Positions 47,789 to 60,300 of a DNA stretch of 64,000 bases are shown here, piece after piece. Under the pieces are notes generated by a model. That model had not been told where the DNA came from, ran no database searches, and saw only the letters and a list, made by a program, of their open reading frames with translations. The translations under genes were made by a program, and so were the position numbers. Within the stretch, counting starts at the first letter, position 1. Each line of letters begins with the position of its first letter. This DNA comes from Monocercomonoides exilis PA203 (Eukaryota; Protista; Preaxostyla): positions 124,001 to 188,000 of the forward strand of contig LSRY02000030.1 in the NCBI GenBank assembly GCA_001643675.2, read 5' to 3'.

Positions 47789-48420
47789 TTAAGATGAGAA
47801 TTTTAAAATATTCCTCGGATTTGAACGAAAGAGTGGCCTTAACATTTTTGCTTCTTCTGCCATTTCTTCAGCCGAGCGAGATGGTCTTGGCTTCTCTATT
47901 TCACGGTGAACTTGCATTTCACCGTATTCTTTTTTAACTGGAATTATGTGAAGGTGAACATGATTTACAGACTGACCAGATTCGACTCCATCCTGAAAAG
48001 AATGAATTGAAACTTATAATAGTCACATAAAAAGAATTCATATCATTTATACTTGTATTGTGAGTGAAGTTGAAGAACAGCCGAAAGTTTTTTCAATAAT
48101 GTCTGTTATTTCATAAGAGATCATTGCAATCTAAAATGGAATTAAGAAAACGAAATGAAAATGCAGAAACAAACATCAACGACTTCCTCCGCTGTGAGTT
48201 GGCAATACCTTTCGACAATTCTTCTCGGTGCAATTAGTATATGCCCTTCAAAAAAATAAATTCTAAATAATAGCAGAACTTTGTTAATATTCAACAAACC
48301 TGGATGAACAGGACGAATATTAACAAAAGCAAACGACAGAGGAGTTAGAAAAAAAACTTGAGAAATAGGAATCACAATTTTTTTGCTAAACAAAAAAGAT
48401 GAAGGCTGTTCTTCCTCCAT
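47789..48420 (-). CDS. FHIT: Bis(5'-adenosyl)-triphosphatase / fragile histidine triad (HIT family) protein, 157 aa
   Basis: Exons 48420-48300, 48245-48175, 48130-48053, 47992-47789 (GT..AG introns of 54, 44 and 60 nt; 474 nt). Spliced protein: ..SQVFFLTPLSFAFVNIRPVHPGHILIAPRRIVERYCQLTAEEVVD..SLTIQDGVESGQSVNHVHLHIIP..RSAEEMAEEAKMLR. It contains the HxHxH triad and the Fhit-typical VNxxPVxPGH, QDGxxxGQxV and RSxEEMAxEA motifs. Confidence 0.93.
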
Positions 48421-48546
48421 TAATATGAATTAAAAAATGTTATGGAAAATTTTTGTACCATAAATTTAATATTTCATAATAGTTCACAAAAAAATCGTTT
48501 TTCACGCTCATTCGTTCGAAGTTCAAATTGCTAGCATTAAGGTTGC
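48421..48546. promoter_or_regulatory. Putative compact bidirectional promoter between FHIT and the SUMO protease gene
   Basis: Only 126 bp separate the divergent start codons (48420 minus, 48547 plus). Inferred from geometry only; no motif identified. Confidence 0.55.
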
Positions 48547-50258
48547 ATGAACGACAATTACGTCATCACTATTGAAGATGATGATTCACCAACAGACGAT
48601 GCATCTCAAAATCACAGTTTTTTCGAATATAAAAACGTTTCATATCTACCAATTGCAGAATTTCCATTTCATTCGGGCAACGCAGATGCATATAACCAAA
48701 AATTTGTGAATTGTCAATCGTTTTCACAGCAATTTCTTAAATTAAAAAGCATTTTTCCAAATGAATGCACAAATCTAAAAATACAAACTCAAAATGAAGA
48801 GAAATGTTCTTATTCTTTCAGTACAATTGACAAAGTTGATTATGACCAACGTTGGACTCCTCCTATTTTGTCAGAAGCGAATCTATACAATACTCAGTCA
48901 ATAAATTTATTAATTGCTCAGCTACGCTTTTTTATTGGACTTGACGAAAACCCTTTGAATGACTTTCAGTTTCACAGAAACATTTTGCCAGAATTGTCTG
49001 TGATTAATTCCATTCCTTCAACCCTTTCACTTTTTATGCATGGTACCTTATTCAAAACACAAGTTGATGGAACGAAATATTCAATACGTGAGAGGATGAT
49101 TCTTCCTTCTTCATACCTTTATCCATCTTTATTTGCTCGAAGAGCGATTATCCCCTCATCTCTTCCTTTACAGGCAAATCCTGATTCTGACCTTCCAAAA
49201 TCCCCTTTCATCCAGAACAATAAACGAATCGTCAGAAGCAGGAAGCGAGTCCAAAGTGATGGGGATTCTGCGAAGTTTGGAGTGAAAAACAAAGAACACG
49301 AAGTGCGCGCCAAGACAGAAGGCGGAGGCGCTGTGAAAATACGGCCCAGCAATTTGTCGCGCAACAGAGCGAAAATGCGGGAGATGCGGAATCAGACCAG
49401 GGCGGAAAAGGAGATTAGGCGCCTGGGGGCGAAAACAAGCGGCGAGTCAGACGAGCGCATCGGCATTGAGGAATGGATTGTGTCTGACGGGATGGCGTCG
49501 GTCGTGAAGGAAATCTGCTTGTTTGGGCAGGAGCTGAAGAGCAGCATCGAATACGATGTCAAATCGCCCTATAACTTCAAGCAATACAGCGAGGGCAGCA
49601 TCGCCCCAGGCAAAGAGGTGCTCTTGAAAGCGAACCCGTTTTCCCATCCGATGCGGACGCTGCGTCAGCTGCTGCTGGTGATGTTTGAGTGCGTCTGGCT
49701 GAGCAGCTGCCGGTATGCACTGGGGGAGATGCGGAAGGAGACGACCGTGTCGACCACTGAGCTGGAGATGGTGAATGCGCTGAAGTTTCAGATGGGCTAC
49801 AGCTCGCTGCGGCCGGCGGCGACTGAAGACGCGCTGCGGGTGCTAGACTCCTGGCGCGTGAAGTCGAAAGAGGAGAGAAGGATACTCAAAATGGGCGCAG
49901 ACTCAGAAATCCCCATTTTGCTGGATGAACAGCCATCAGCTGCGAGTGTGGCTGTGAATGCGAATGTGAATGTGACTGCAACTTCAACAGCGAATGCGTC
50001 GCCGTCAAAGTCGAATTCAGCAGCTTTCTCTGGAAATTCTGTGAATTCTGCGCAAGCACAGTCTTCTTCTCCTTCGCATTCTCATTCGCCTTCGTCTTCA
50101 ACTTCTTCGTCTTTTCAGACACAATCTCCTCTTTCTTCTTCTTCTTTATCAAATTCAACTTCTTCTTCTTCTTCTCATACAGAGCACAGTCAAACAACAC
50201 CTCCACCAGTATCATCTCATTTACAAAGTTCAATTTCAACCCCTCGAATTCATCATTT

Positions 50259-50334
<76 letters not shown>

Positions 50335-51196
50335 ACCAAAAATCCAAAGGATTCTTCCATTCTTTCTCAATCATCATCATCATCTTCTTCTTCTTCATTT
50401 TCTTCTTTTTCATCTTCATCCCCTTTAAACATTCTCAATTCTCCTTCTTGGCTGCATTTTCTGTCTGTTCATAGAGAAATCGTGTCTCTTTTCCTTTTGG
50501 ATGGATATTTCATTGAGAAAGAACGGTATCTGATTCTGAGGTGTATGAATGAAAGCATAAAAACAAAAATAAGAATGAAGGAGAAAGAGAAAGAGGAAAA
50601 AGAAAGAGAAGAAAAAGAGAAAGAGAAAGAAAAACTTAAAGAAAATAGCGAAATTGCAATTAATCAACAAGAAAACGAACCACAAAATTTGAATCATTTT
50701 CCCTCTCAAACACAAAAAATAACAGAAAATTCGAATAAAACAGAGAATATTTCAGATAACTCCAGCAATAACTATAGCACAGTTGGCAGTGAAGGATCAA
50801 TTCCATTCAATGAATGGAGAGATCTGAGTGATGATGATGATGAAGATAGCATTGACAGCTGCCCTTCTTCTTCTCCTCAGTCTTCTTCTTCTCCTCCTCG
50901 TTACAATTCTTCTTCTTCTTCTTCTTTTATTTCTTCTTCTTCTCAATCTTCGTCTTCTCATTCCTCTCCTTCTCCTCCTCTTCCTCCTCCCTTTTATAAT
51001 TCTTCTTCTTCTTCTTTCGATGTTACTCACTCAATTTCAGCTGAAATTCAAAACGAAGAGAAAAATAATGAACAAATAGAAAAACATCAGATTGATGCTA
51101 AAAATTCACTTGGTGCAAATGAAGAATTGCTTGAGAAGAAAACATTGGATTTTTCATCAGAATTAGATAAAACACAAGATTCTTCTTATAATGACA

Positions 51197-51233
<37 letters not shown>

Positions 51234-54200
51234 TTCTTCTTCTTCCTCCTCTTCTTCCTTCTCTCCTTCATATTTTCCAACTTTTTCTACTCCACATTCA
51301 CAAAATGCCTTCCTTACTCCATCAAAACCTTCACCTTTCATTCCTTCTCCTCCTTTACCCTCTAATTTATCATCTTCTTCACCTTCTTCATCTTCTCCTC
51401 CTGATTTTTCTTCTCCTTTCTCCTCCTCCTCCTCCTCCTCCTCCTCTTCCTCTTCCTCTTCCTCTTCTTCTTCTTCTTCCTCTTCCTCTTCCTCTTCTTC
51501 TTCTTCTTCTTCCTCCTCCTCCTCCTCTTCTTCTTCTGATGAACATTCTTCTTCTTCTTCTCTCATCCAAACAATCCCTGGGGCTGAGGCATTTCCTCAG
51601 AGCATGTTTCTCGAAAGCGCCTCTCCTTATTTGTCTCCTTCTCCTCTGCCTTCATCATCATCATCATCATCATCCTTTTCCTCCTCTTCTTCTCCTTCTT
51701 CTTTTTCTCCTCCTCCTCATCTTCCTCCTCATCTTCCTCTTCCTCATCGTCCTTCTTCTTCTCCTTCTCGCTCTTCTTCTTCCTCTTCCACTTCTGTTTC
51801 ATCATCATTTCATTCGCCTTCACATTCAGCCATTTCATCACCAAATCACACTAACACTTCATTTTCATCATCTCCTCTTTCAAATTCTTCCTCTTCTTCC
51901 TCTTCTTCTTCTCCCTCTTCTTCTTCTCCTTTCAATTCATCTTCCACTTCACCAAAAACACCTCATCCTCTTTCTCATTCACATTCACATTCTCCTGACA
52001 GTTCACCATTTCTAACCCCTTCCCTTTTCCCTTCTCCTTCAACCTCAACTTCTCCTTCTTCTCTCTCTTTCTCTTTCTCTCCCTCACCTTATGCCTCTTC
52101 TTCTTCTTCTTCCTCTTCTTCTTCTTCCTCTTCTTCTTCTTCCTCCTCTTCCTCTTCTATCAACTTTTCAAGTTCTGTTATGAATACACCTCTTAATCCT
52201 TCTTCCAACCATTCATTTCCTTCTCTTCCTTCTCATTCATCTTCTTCTCGTCTTCCTCCTCTTCCTCCTCCTCCGCCACCTCCGCTTCCACAACCTCTTT
52301 CTTCAATTCATCATCATATTCCTCCTCTTCCTCCTCCTTCTGCTTTATCACAAAATACTTATTCTTCTTCTTCATCTTCCTCTTCCTTCACCTCTTCTTC
52401 CTCCTCTTCCTCTTCCTCCTCTTCCTCTTCCTCCTCTTCCTCCTCTTCCTCCTCTTCCTCCTCTTCCTCCTCCCCTCTTTCAAACACATCCATCGTCGAC
52501 TGCCCATCTTCTCCTTTCCCTCCCTTCGAGCCATCTGTTATGCCTTCTTCTTTTCTCACTCACTTCCGCTTGCCTTTGAAAGCATTTTGCGTTGATTATT
52601 TTTGTGTGGCTGTTTCTGAGTGTGTTGTTGGTGTGGATTTCAGAAGATACGAAAGTGAAGTTAAAAAAGAAGATAAAAAAGAAGATAAAAGAGAAGGGAA
52701 CAAGAGAAAATCGAGAAATTCGAATGTGAAAGAGGGGAATGATGGGAAAATGAAAAATTTTGGACTTTCTTTTGATGACGGCAAAGAAGAAGAAGAAGAA
52801 GAAGAAGAAGAATGTGATGATGATGATGATGATGATGAAAGTTATGCCTTGTTTGAGAAAGAGCTTCGAACTCTTCGCTTGCCAATTATTCGTGTTGTTA
52901 TTCCGCTTTCTTCTACTTTTTCCTTATCATCAACATCAACATCAACATCTTCCTCCTCCTCTTCCTCCTCCTCTTCTTCTTCCTCCTCCTCTTCTCCTTT
53001 TCCTTTTCCTCCTCTTCCTCATTCCAACATTCCATCAACATCAGAACCAACTGCAAATTCCAAGTTTTCAGGCGAAGACTTCAGAGACAGCCAAGAAAGT
53101 GCGTATGAATGGAAAAAACAGCTCACAGCGTTCATCATTCTTCTCCGCAAACACGGATGTTCAGTTTATTTCAACAAAAATCTCTTTGAAGACCAAAAAA
53201 TGAACTCAAAACAAGAATTTGTGAAGAAAGAAGACGAAATTTTGAACGGAAATGATATTTTTGGCTCTTCTATGCAGAAATCACAAGTTGCATTTTCGCC
53301 TTCTTCATTTCCTTCCTCCTCTCCTCATTCTTCTTCTTCTTCTTTTTCCTCTTCTTGTTTTAATTCTTCTTTCTCCTCCTCCTCCTCTTCTTCTTCATCT
53401 GTTCCTGACAACACATTGATTGTTGATATCCCCTTTCGTTCTGTTGCTTCTCCTTCCAATCCATTCTATGTGAAGTTCCATCAACAAAGAAGAACAATCA
53501 TCCTTGCTCATTTTTTGGATACTTCTTCACAAAAATTCCAGGCAAATGACTCAAAAACAGAAGGAAAATCTGTTTTGAGTGGGATTTCGTTGCAATCACT
53601 GCAAAAACAGCAGCAGCAGCAATCACAAGAGAAAATAGAAGCCAATGTGTCAATTTTATCAACACCCTCTTCTTCTTCCTCCTCTTCCTCCTCCAAGAAG
53701 TCAATGCATCATCAAGCCCCCGGCTTTATCACTTCTTCTTCCCTGTCAAATGAGCATCTTCCTCTGTTTAACAGGAGAAATTGGCTTGTCTTCCTCTTTT
53801 CTGAGAGCAAAGGCTGTGTCAAAGCGAAACTTCTACCGATTTTTCAAAGAGGGATCAAAAAGGACGAAAGAATAGCAAAAAACTATTTTTTGTCATTCAA
53901 AGCAGAAGAAAAGAAAATGACGCTGCAAGATGGCTTGTTTTATTCAATTGGAAGAGAAAATGCATTGAATTCTCAACAAACAAAGGAAAAATCATCTTCA
54001 TCATCAATTTCATCTCTTTCATCTCCTTCATCTCTTTCATCTTCCTCTTCTCAACCAGATTCAAAAGATTTCAGCTCATTCTCTTCGTCTGAACAGTATT
54101 CTCTTGCTGAATCATCCACATTTCGTGTCGCAATGTTCTGGTTTGCTTCGCTCATTTCGCCTTTTCTTCCGAATTCTCCGTTTTTCCGCCTTCTTCCCAA

Positions 54201-54352
54201 TTCCTGGGCAATCTATTTGTGTTCGGCCTTTTTTGACACATCTTCTCAATGGATGTCAAAAAGAATCGTCAAATTGCTCTCTTCTGCTGCTGATTCTTTT
54301 GTCACTTGTGGCAATAATTGCAATGTGATAAATGCGTCAAAAGATCCTATTC

Positions 54353-54385
<33 letters not shown>

Positions 54386-57300
54386 TAGCATTAGCATCTT
54401 CTTCTTCTTCTTCCTCCTCATCTTCTTCTTCCTCTTCATCAACCAACCAAACTCTTCCCATCATTTCACAATCACTATCACTTTCCTCTTCTCCTTCATT
54501 TTCTCCTTCCTCCTCATCTTCTCCTTCTCTCCCTCTGTGTCGTGTTCCTGATCCACAATGTCTTCTCAACTCCCCCTTTTCCTTCCGCCTTCCAATGGCC
54601 CTCCACTTCTCCTTCGATTGTGCTGCTTCCACTCGAAGCGTCTCATTCAAAGGATACGTCATTTCTAACCCAAACGAAGACAAATCATCATCATCATCAT
54701 CTTCTTCTTCTTCGTCTTCGTCTGCTTCTTCACTTTTGCCAAGCTCTCCTCCTTCTCCTTCTTCTTATTCTGCTGAGTCCTCTGCAACAGAACACAAATC
54801 TCGCTCGCCTTCTTCTTCCTCTTTTTTGTCAGACACACCACCCTCTCGCCATTCATCCTCCTCCTCCTCCTCTTCCTCTTCATCTCTATTCAGTTCATTG
54901 TCTCCAACTCCTTCTCTTTCCAGAACACATTCGCCATCTCATACCAATTCACGCTCACACACACAAACAAGCTCGCCTGCTCGTTCAAACACACACTCAG
55001 CATTCTCTGACCAGAAAAATGAAGGGAAAAGAAATTCTGAACAAATGGCTGTTTCATTGAAGATTTCAAGTTTGATACATGATGATGCTTTATCAAGCAT
55101 TCATTCACAATCATCCTCACCTTTCAGTTCAAATTCGAAAGATATCAAAAGCGCACAAGAAATCACCACCAAACATGAGCATTCGCCGAATAGCCAACAA
55201 AAATTGTTGCATTCTGAACATCCAGCAAAGCCAATAATTCCAAGCGCAGAAGTTGTCGATGTTGAAAGTTTCCCAATCGATTCGACAGGTTTTTCGGACA
55301 CTCAAATGTTTCCACCGCCGTATAATCCCTTTGGCATGCCAAGCATCAATAGCAGATCGCTCCTGAGTGATTACATGCCTTATTCCTTTAACAACAACAA
55401 CAACAATAATAATAATATCAGCAATTATCAGTGGAAACCACATCTCTATTCCGATGCTACTGATCCGTTGCAACTGAACAAAAGCAAACTCTATCGGCAA
55501 AGCCATTCACCAGCAAGTGCATCACATTCAACACACTCACACCCAACAAAAAGAGATGCCTGGTCGATTCGCCCTTCAGACAGCACAACAGAAACAGAGC
55601 AGCATTTGAAGCTGAATGAAACTGATAATCCAACAGCGCCTTATTCGGCAAGCTCTTTTCCTTCAAAAAACCTGCTGACTTCGCAGTATTCCTTTCAAAC
55701 TCCTGCTCAACCTTATGATAATTCTTCTGATGTTTATAAGAATCATCAGAAAATGTCAAAAAAGGTAGGAGGAGGAAGAAGGGATGAAGTAGACGGAGAC
55801 AGCAATTTTGGAGGAGGATTAGAATTTGATTCCAGACAAAATGGAGAAAAATATGAAGTTATGCAAAATATGAAGCGAAAAGGTACACATTCGTCCAAAT
55901 CGAAATCAGAACATCACAAAACGAGCAATCATAAACACCATAGACATCATTCAAAAGAAAAAAGGGAATCTCAAAAAACAGAAATTCATTTTGAAACGAC
56001 GGAGCACGCCATTGAGACAAACAGCGCAAAATACACTTCGCATCACTCACACCACTCACATCATTCACACCACTCTCGCCGCTCTCACCATTCACGTCAT
56101 TCACATCATTCACACCACTCAAATCACTCAACTCATTCACGCCATTCATATCAGTCACAAATGCGTTGTTCATCGACTGCCAAAGTCGATGAGCCACATT
56201 CACATCTACAGCCGCCTTTCCATCCAGTTGACGCTCCTGCTAAGCATCAGGACGAGTCAAGTTCGCACCAAAGAGGAAGTTCCTCTTTCGTCATTCGAAC
56301 CGACTCAAGCCATCATTCCCATGCACACCACGAGCCATTTCATAGCCCTTTTAATTCACAAATCGCTAAATCGAGTGATAGACCTACAAATTTTGTAGCT
56401 TCAGTATATAAAGCAAAGCTAAATGGCTATAAATCTCGATCAAGAAGCCATTCTCGCAATGCACATTCATTCGATCATGCATTGTTAAATAAGCTTATCA
56501 AAGAACCTTTTTCTGCTTTATCACTTGAAAAAGCAGAATTTCATTCATCTTCGTCTTTCGAAGTTAGTTCACGAAAACATTCTGTCCCTTCGCAATCTAA
56601 TCCTCACATTCAAAATTTTTCAATTCATATGAAAGAAAACGAGACTTTATTCGAACACAGTTACCATCACAGCAGCAGCGATAAACATCCAGAAAAGAAC
56701 ACTCAAGAACTTGATCCAATGCAAACAAGAAAAGAAACCCATTCTGAACATTCTGCTTCAAAAGATCTTAAACATCGAAGTCAGAGGCACAATCGTTTGA
56801 AAAGAAGTCACAAAAGTCATGCTTTTGTAGAAAGGAAAGACGATCATGCTGAGCCGCTTCTGATGGCACCAGAGTTAGCAAGCGATGCCAACCTTCAGAA
56901 ACAAAATCACCAAAATGCGGCTATTCGGAGATCGATGTCTGCCAATGATGAAAGTCAGAAACAATTGATACCGGAGCCAATTTATCAGGATCACGCTGAT
57001 TCTTATTCATCGTCTTCAGCTTTGCCTCATGGTGTTGATCAGCAAGTTCCACTTTTTCATCCTCCTTTTCCTCCTCCTCCTCAACTTTCCCTTCCAATTG
57101 CATCAAGCCAAAAATCTTCAATGATGAATGCTCCTTTTGTAAAGCCTATTCGTAATTCAATGAATTTTCATGGTGTTTCTAGCGGTTTAATGTCTCGTCA
57201 TTTGATACTTGAAAATTTTCTATTTAGAAAGAGAGTGTCTCAAATGCGTCATCTTTATCCGTCTGACAATCGAATTTCGAATAAAAAGATAAGTTCTGGC

Positions 57301-60300
57301 TATGATTCAATCAAAGACCTTTCGAACTTTCATGAAAAATCATCAAATTTCGCTGCAAAAGATAAAAATTTCGAATCATTATCGTTTTCTGGAATCGAAA
57401 AGATTGAGAATGACATTTTTGATAAAGAGAATGTAATTGAAGAAATTGATATTATCGAAGGAGAAAAAGAACTTTCTGATGTTGTAATAGAGACTGAAGT
57501 AACTGAAAAGGTTTCAAATCCATTGCATTCTGATGATTCCAATGGAAATATTATTTACAAATTACAGGAAATATCATCATCAAATAAGAGTGAGACGGAG
57601 AAGACTGATCAACCGTCTCTGCCTCTTCCTTCACCTTTTCCTTCAATTAAATTGGTGTCTGATCCTTTTTTATTCAAATATCCACACACAAGCCTTGTCG
57701 ATCCAACTTCAATTCCTGCTGCCTTCATCCATCCATCCTGTGTCCCATCAAACCTTTCCTCCACACCACCAATCATTCCTCCCTGCCATCTTCTCCCTGG
57801 CTCTCCTCTTCTTCCTGTTGTTATCCGCAAGGTACACTCGCTGCTTCGATTGTTCTGGAGAGATAGCGAAGAGCAGCTGATGACATTCCCGCCAGGCTCG
57901 CAGGATGTGGAGAGAGTGATGATTACTGTTGGAGATGTGGAGCGGTTGAGGCAAGGGTGCTGGCTGAACGACAACATCATCACTTTCTATTTGAAATACA
58001 TTCACTGCATCTCTCCTGAATACACAAAGAAGAAGACTCATCTTTTCAACACTTTCTTTTTTGAGTTTATCAAAAAGAAAATTGGAAAGTTGACTTCAAA
58101 ATCGGTAAATGGATATAATTCTGAGACAGATCAAGCACTCGACCCACAAATCGGAGAACCTGAACAGTTTCAGAATCACGAGCTGAAGTTAAACACAAGG
58201 GGTAGCTCTTCATTTATGTCTTCTTTCCCAAAAAGAGCTTTGAGACACCTCCGCTCTCATTCGTCTCTGAGAACACGAAATCTCATTTTCGACAAGCCGT
58301 TGCAACACAAAATGGCGAGGTTATCTTATTCTGCCAATCTCAGATCCATTCAATTTGCAGCTTCCTCAAAAAAACAGTTACCTATGGAAGAATATCAAGT
58401 TAATGAACATCTTCTTGATGATAGCAAAGCTGCAACGAACAGTGGTTTAAGTGAGACAAAAGAAATAAACGAGGAAAATAATCAACCAACAAACATTCAA
58501 GCTCGAAAGGAAGAACATAGCAAACATGCAGCTCTTTCAGATAACAGGAAAAGAATGATAACAGAGCAAACAAATGAAAATACGAAAATAAAGACAGATG
58601 AGTTTTCTCAGGAGAGTGAAGCGGCTTTGAATGATAATCTTTCTAATCGGAAATCATCGGAATCAGAGAAAGAATCGAAACTTTCAAATGATTCTTCTGT
58701 TTTGTCTGAAAACATCCAGACTCAGATAGGAAACAATGCACAACCTGCTGCAACATCAGCAGAAATACTTAGTACACACATTCAAAGCCAAAGCTCGAAC
58801 CAACTTGCAAATGTGACCACTGCTCTGAACGATTCACTTGAAAAGCAAGCAAATGCTTTAGAAACGCGTTTGAGTCAAACATTGAAGCCAGAGAGGCGAA
58901 TGACTTCGCTTCTGAGTCTTTTGAATGGTGGACGCAAAACACGCTCCTGGCAGAGGAACCTGAATATTGAGGAGCAGCACTTCCTGTTTCTTCCGCTGAA
59001 CGAAAATCAACATTGGAGTTTGATAGTCATTTGCAATGCTGATGCTGTTGCTGAAGAGCAACGCAAATTGATGAAATTAAGAAGGAAGAAGTGGGAGTTG
59101 CATCATCAGGAAGAGAAAGAGAAAGCTGAGAAGAGGGGCGAAGAAGAAGAAGCAAGAAGTACTGATAACGAATTTGAAAAAAATCTTAAGAGAATAAGTT
59201 ATTCGCATAAATATCGCTCTTTTCCTGTTTTTGGCAATGAAAGAGAAAGTGGGGAGCTGAACATGAAGAGCACTCTCCATCAGCACCCGGCACCTGCGCC
59301 TCTCCTTCCGCTGAAGAGAAGACGCCCTTTGCACGCTGCTTCCCACTCAACAAAGAGCTCAAACAGAAAGAATGAAAATGATAGAAGCGCTCGGCAATCT
59401 GTTTATCGGAATTTGTTTAAACTGAGAAATGCAGATAAGCCAAAGGCAATGCCAGAAAAATCACCACTTCTGGCTCCTCAAAAAGAGACAAAGAAAGTTA
59501 GACTGAAGACTTTTCTCGAATTTTATGCTGCTCAATTAGCAGATTATAACACATTGGGCAACCAGCGAACGAGAACAAGGTATTCTCAAAGAGCATCAGC
59601 TGCTTCAGAAGGGAATAAGGATCATCAAGCAGATTCCTCTCATTTTTTGGATGCTGAATCAATTGCTAGCTCTGTGCCAATTATGATTGGTGATTTCCTG
59701 GATAACGTGCATCTTTTCCAGAATAAATTAGACGAGTATCATGGAGATATTATGAGTGTGAAGGGAGGAGCGGACAAATTTGAGGCGGAAAGCAAGCAGT
59801 GGTTTGCATTTAATTACAGATTAAATGCAATACGCTCTCTCGGCACGGAAAAAAAGGAAAGTGAAAAACAAAAGCTGATTTCTGAATTAATAAGCAAAGA
59901 GCGAGAAAAGCTGAAAAACGAGGAAGAAGAGGAATCTACCAATGAAGAAATCAAAAGCACTTCTCAAAAGAAAATCGACACAAATCAGTCGAATTCGAAT
60001 GCGGAACAATCGAAACAGTTCCAGCAAGGTGAAAAGGATGAATCCAATTTCTTGAAAACAGAACCGGAATCTGAAACCTCAGGAAAACAAGGGCAATCTC
60101 AATTTTCAGAAGATGGAAAAAATGAACAACAAGAAGATTTCATGAAAGAAGCGGAAAATTCCATTCAGAATGATTTCACAAGCTCCAATACTGAGACTTT
60201 GAATCCCAAAAATGAGGGCACTTCAAAAGAAGATAAACAATCGCAGCTTCATTCACAAACAGACTTGTCACATATTGCACCTTCTGATTCGATAGGCAGA

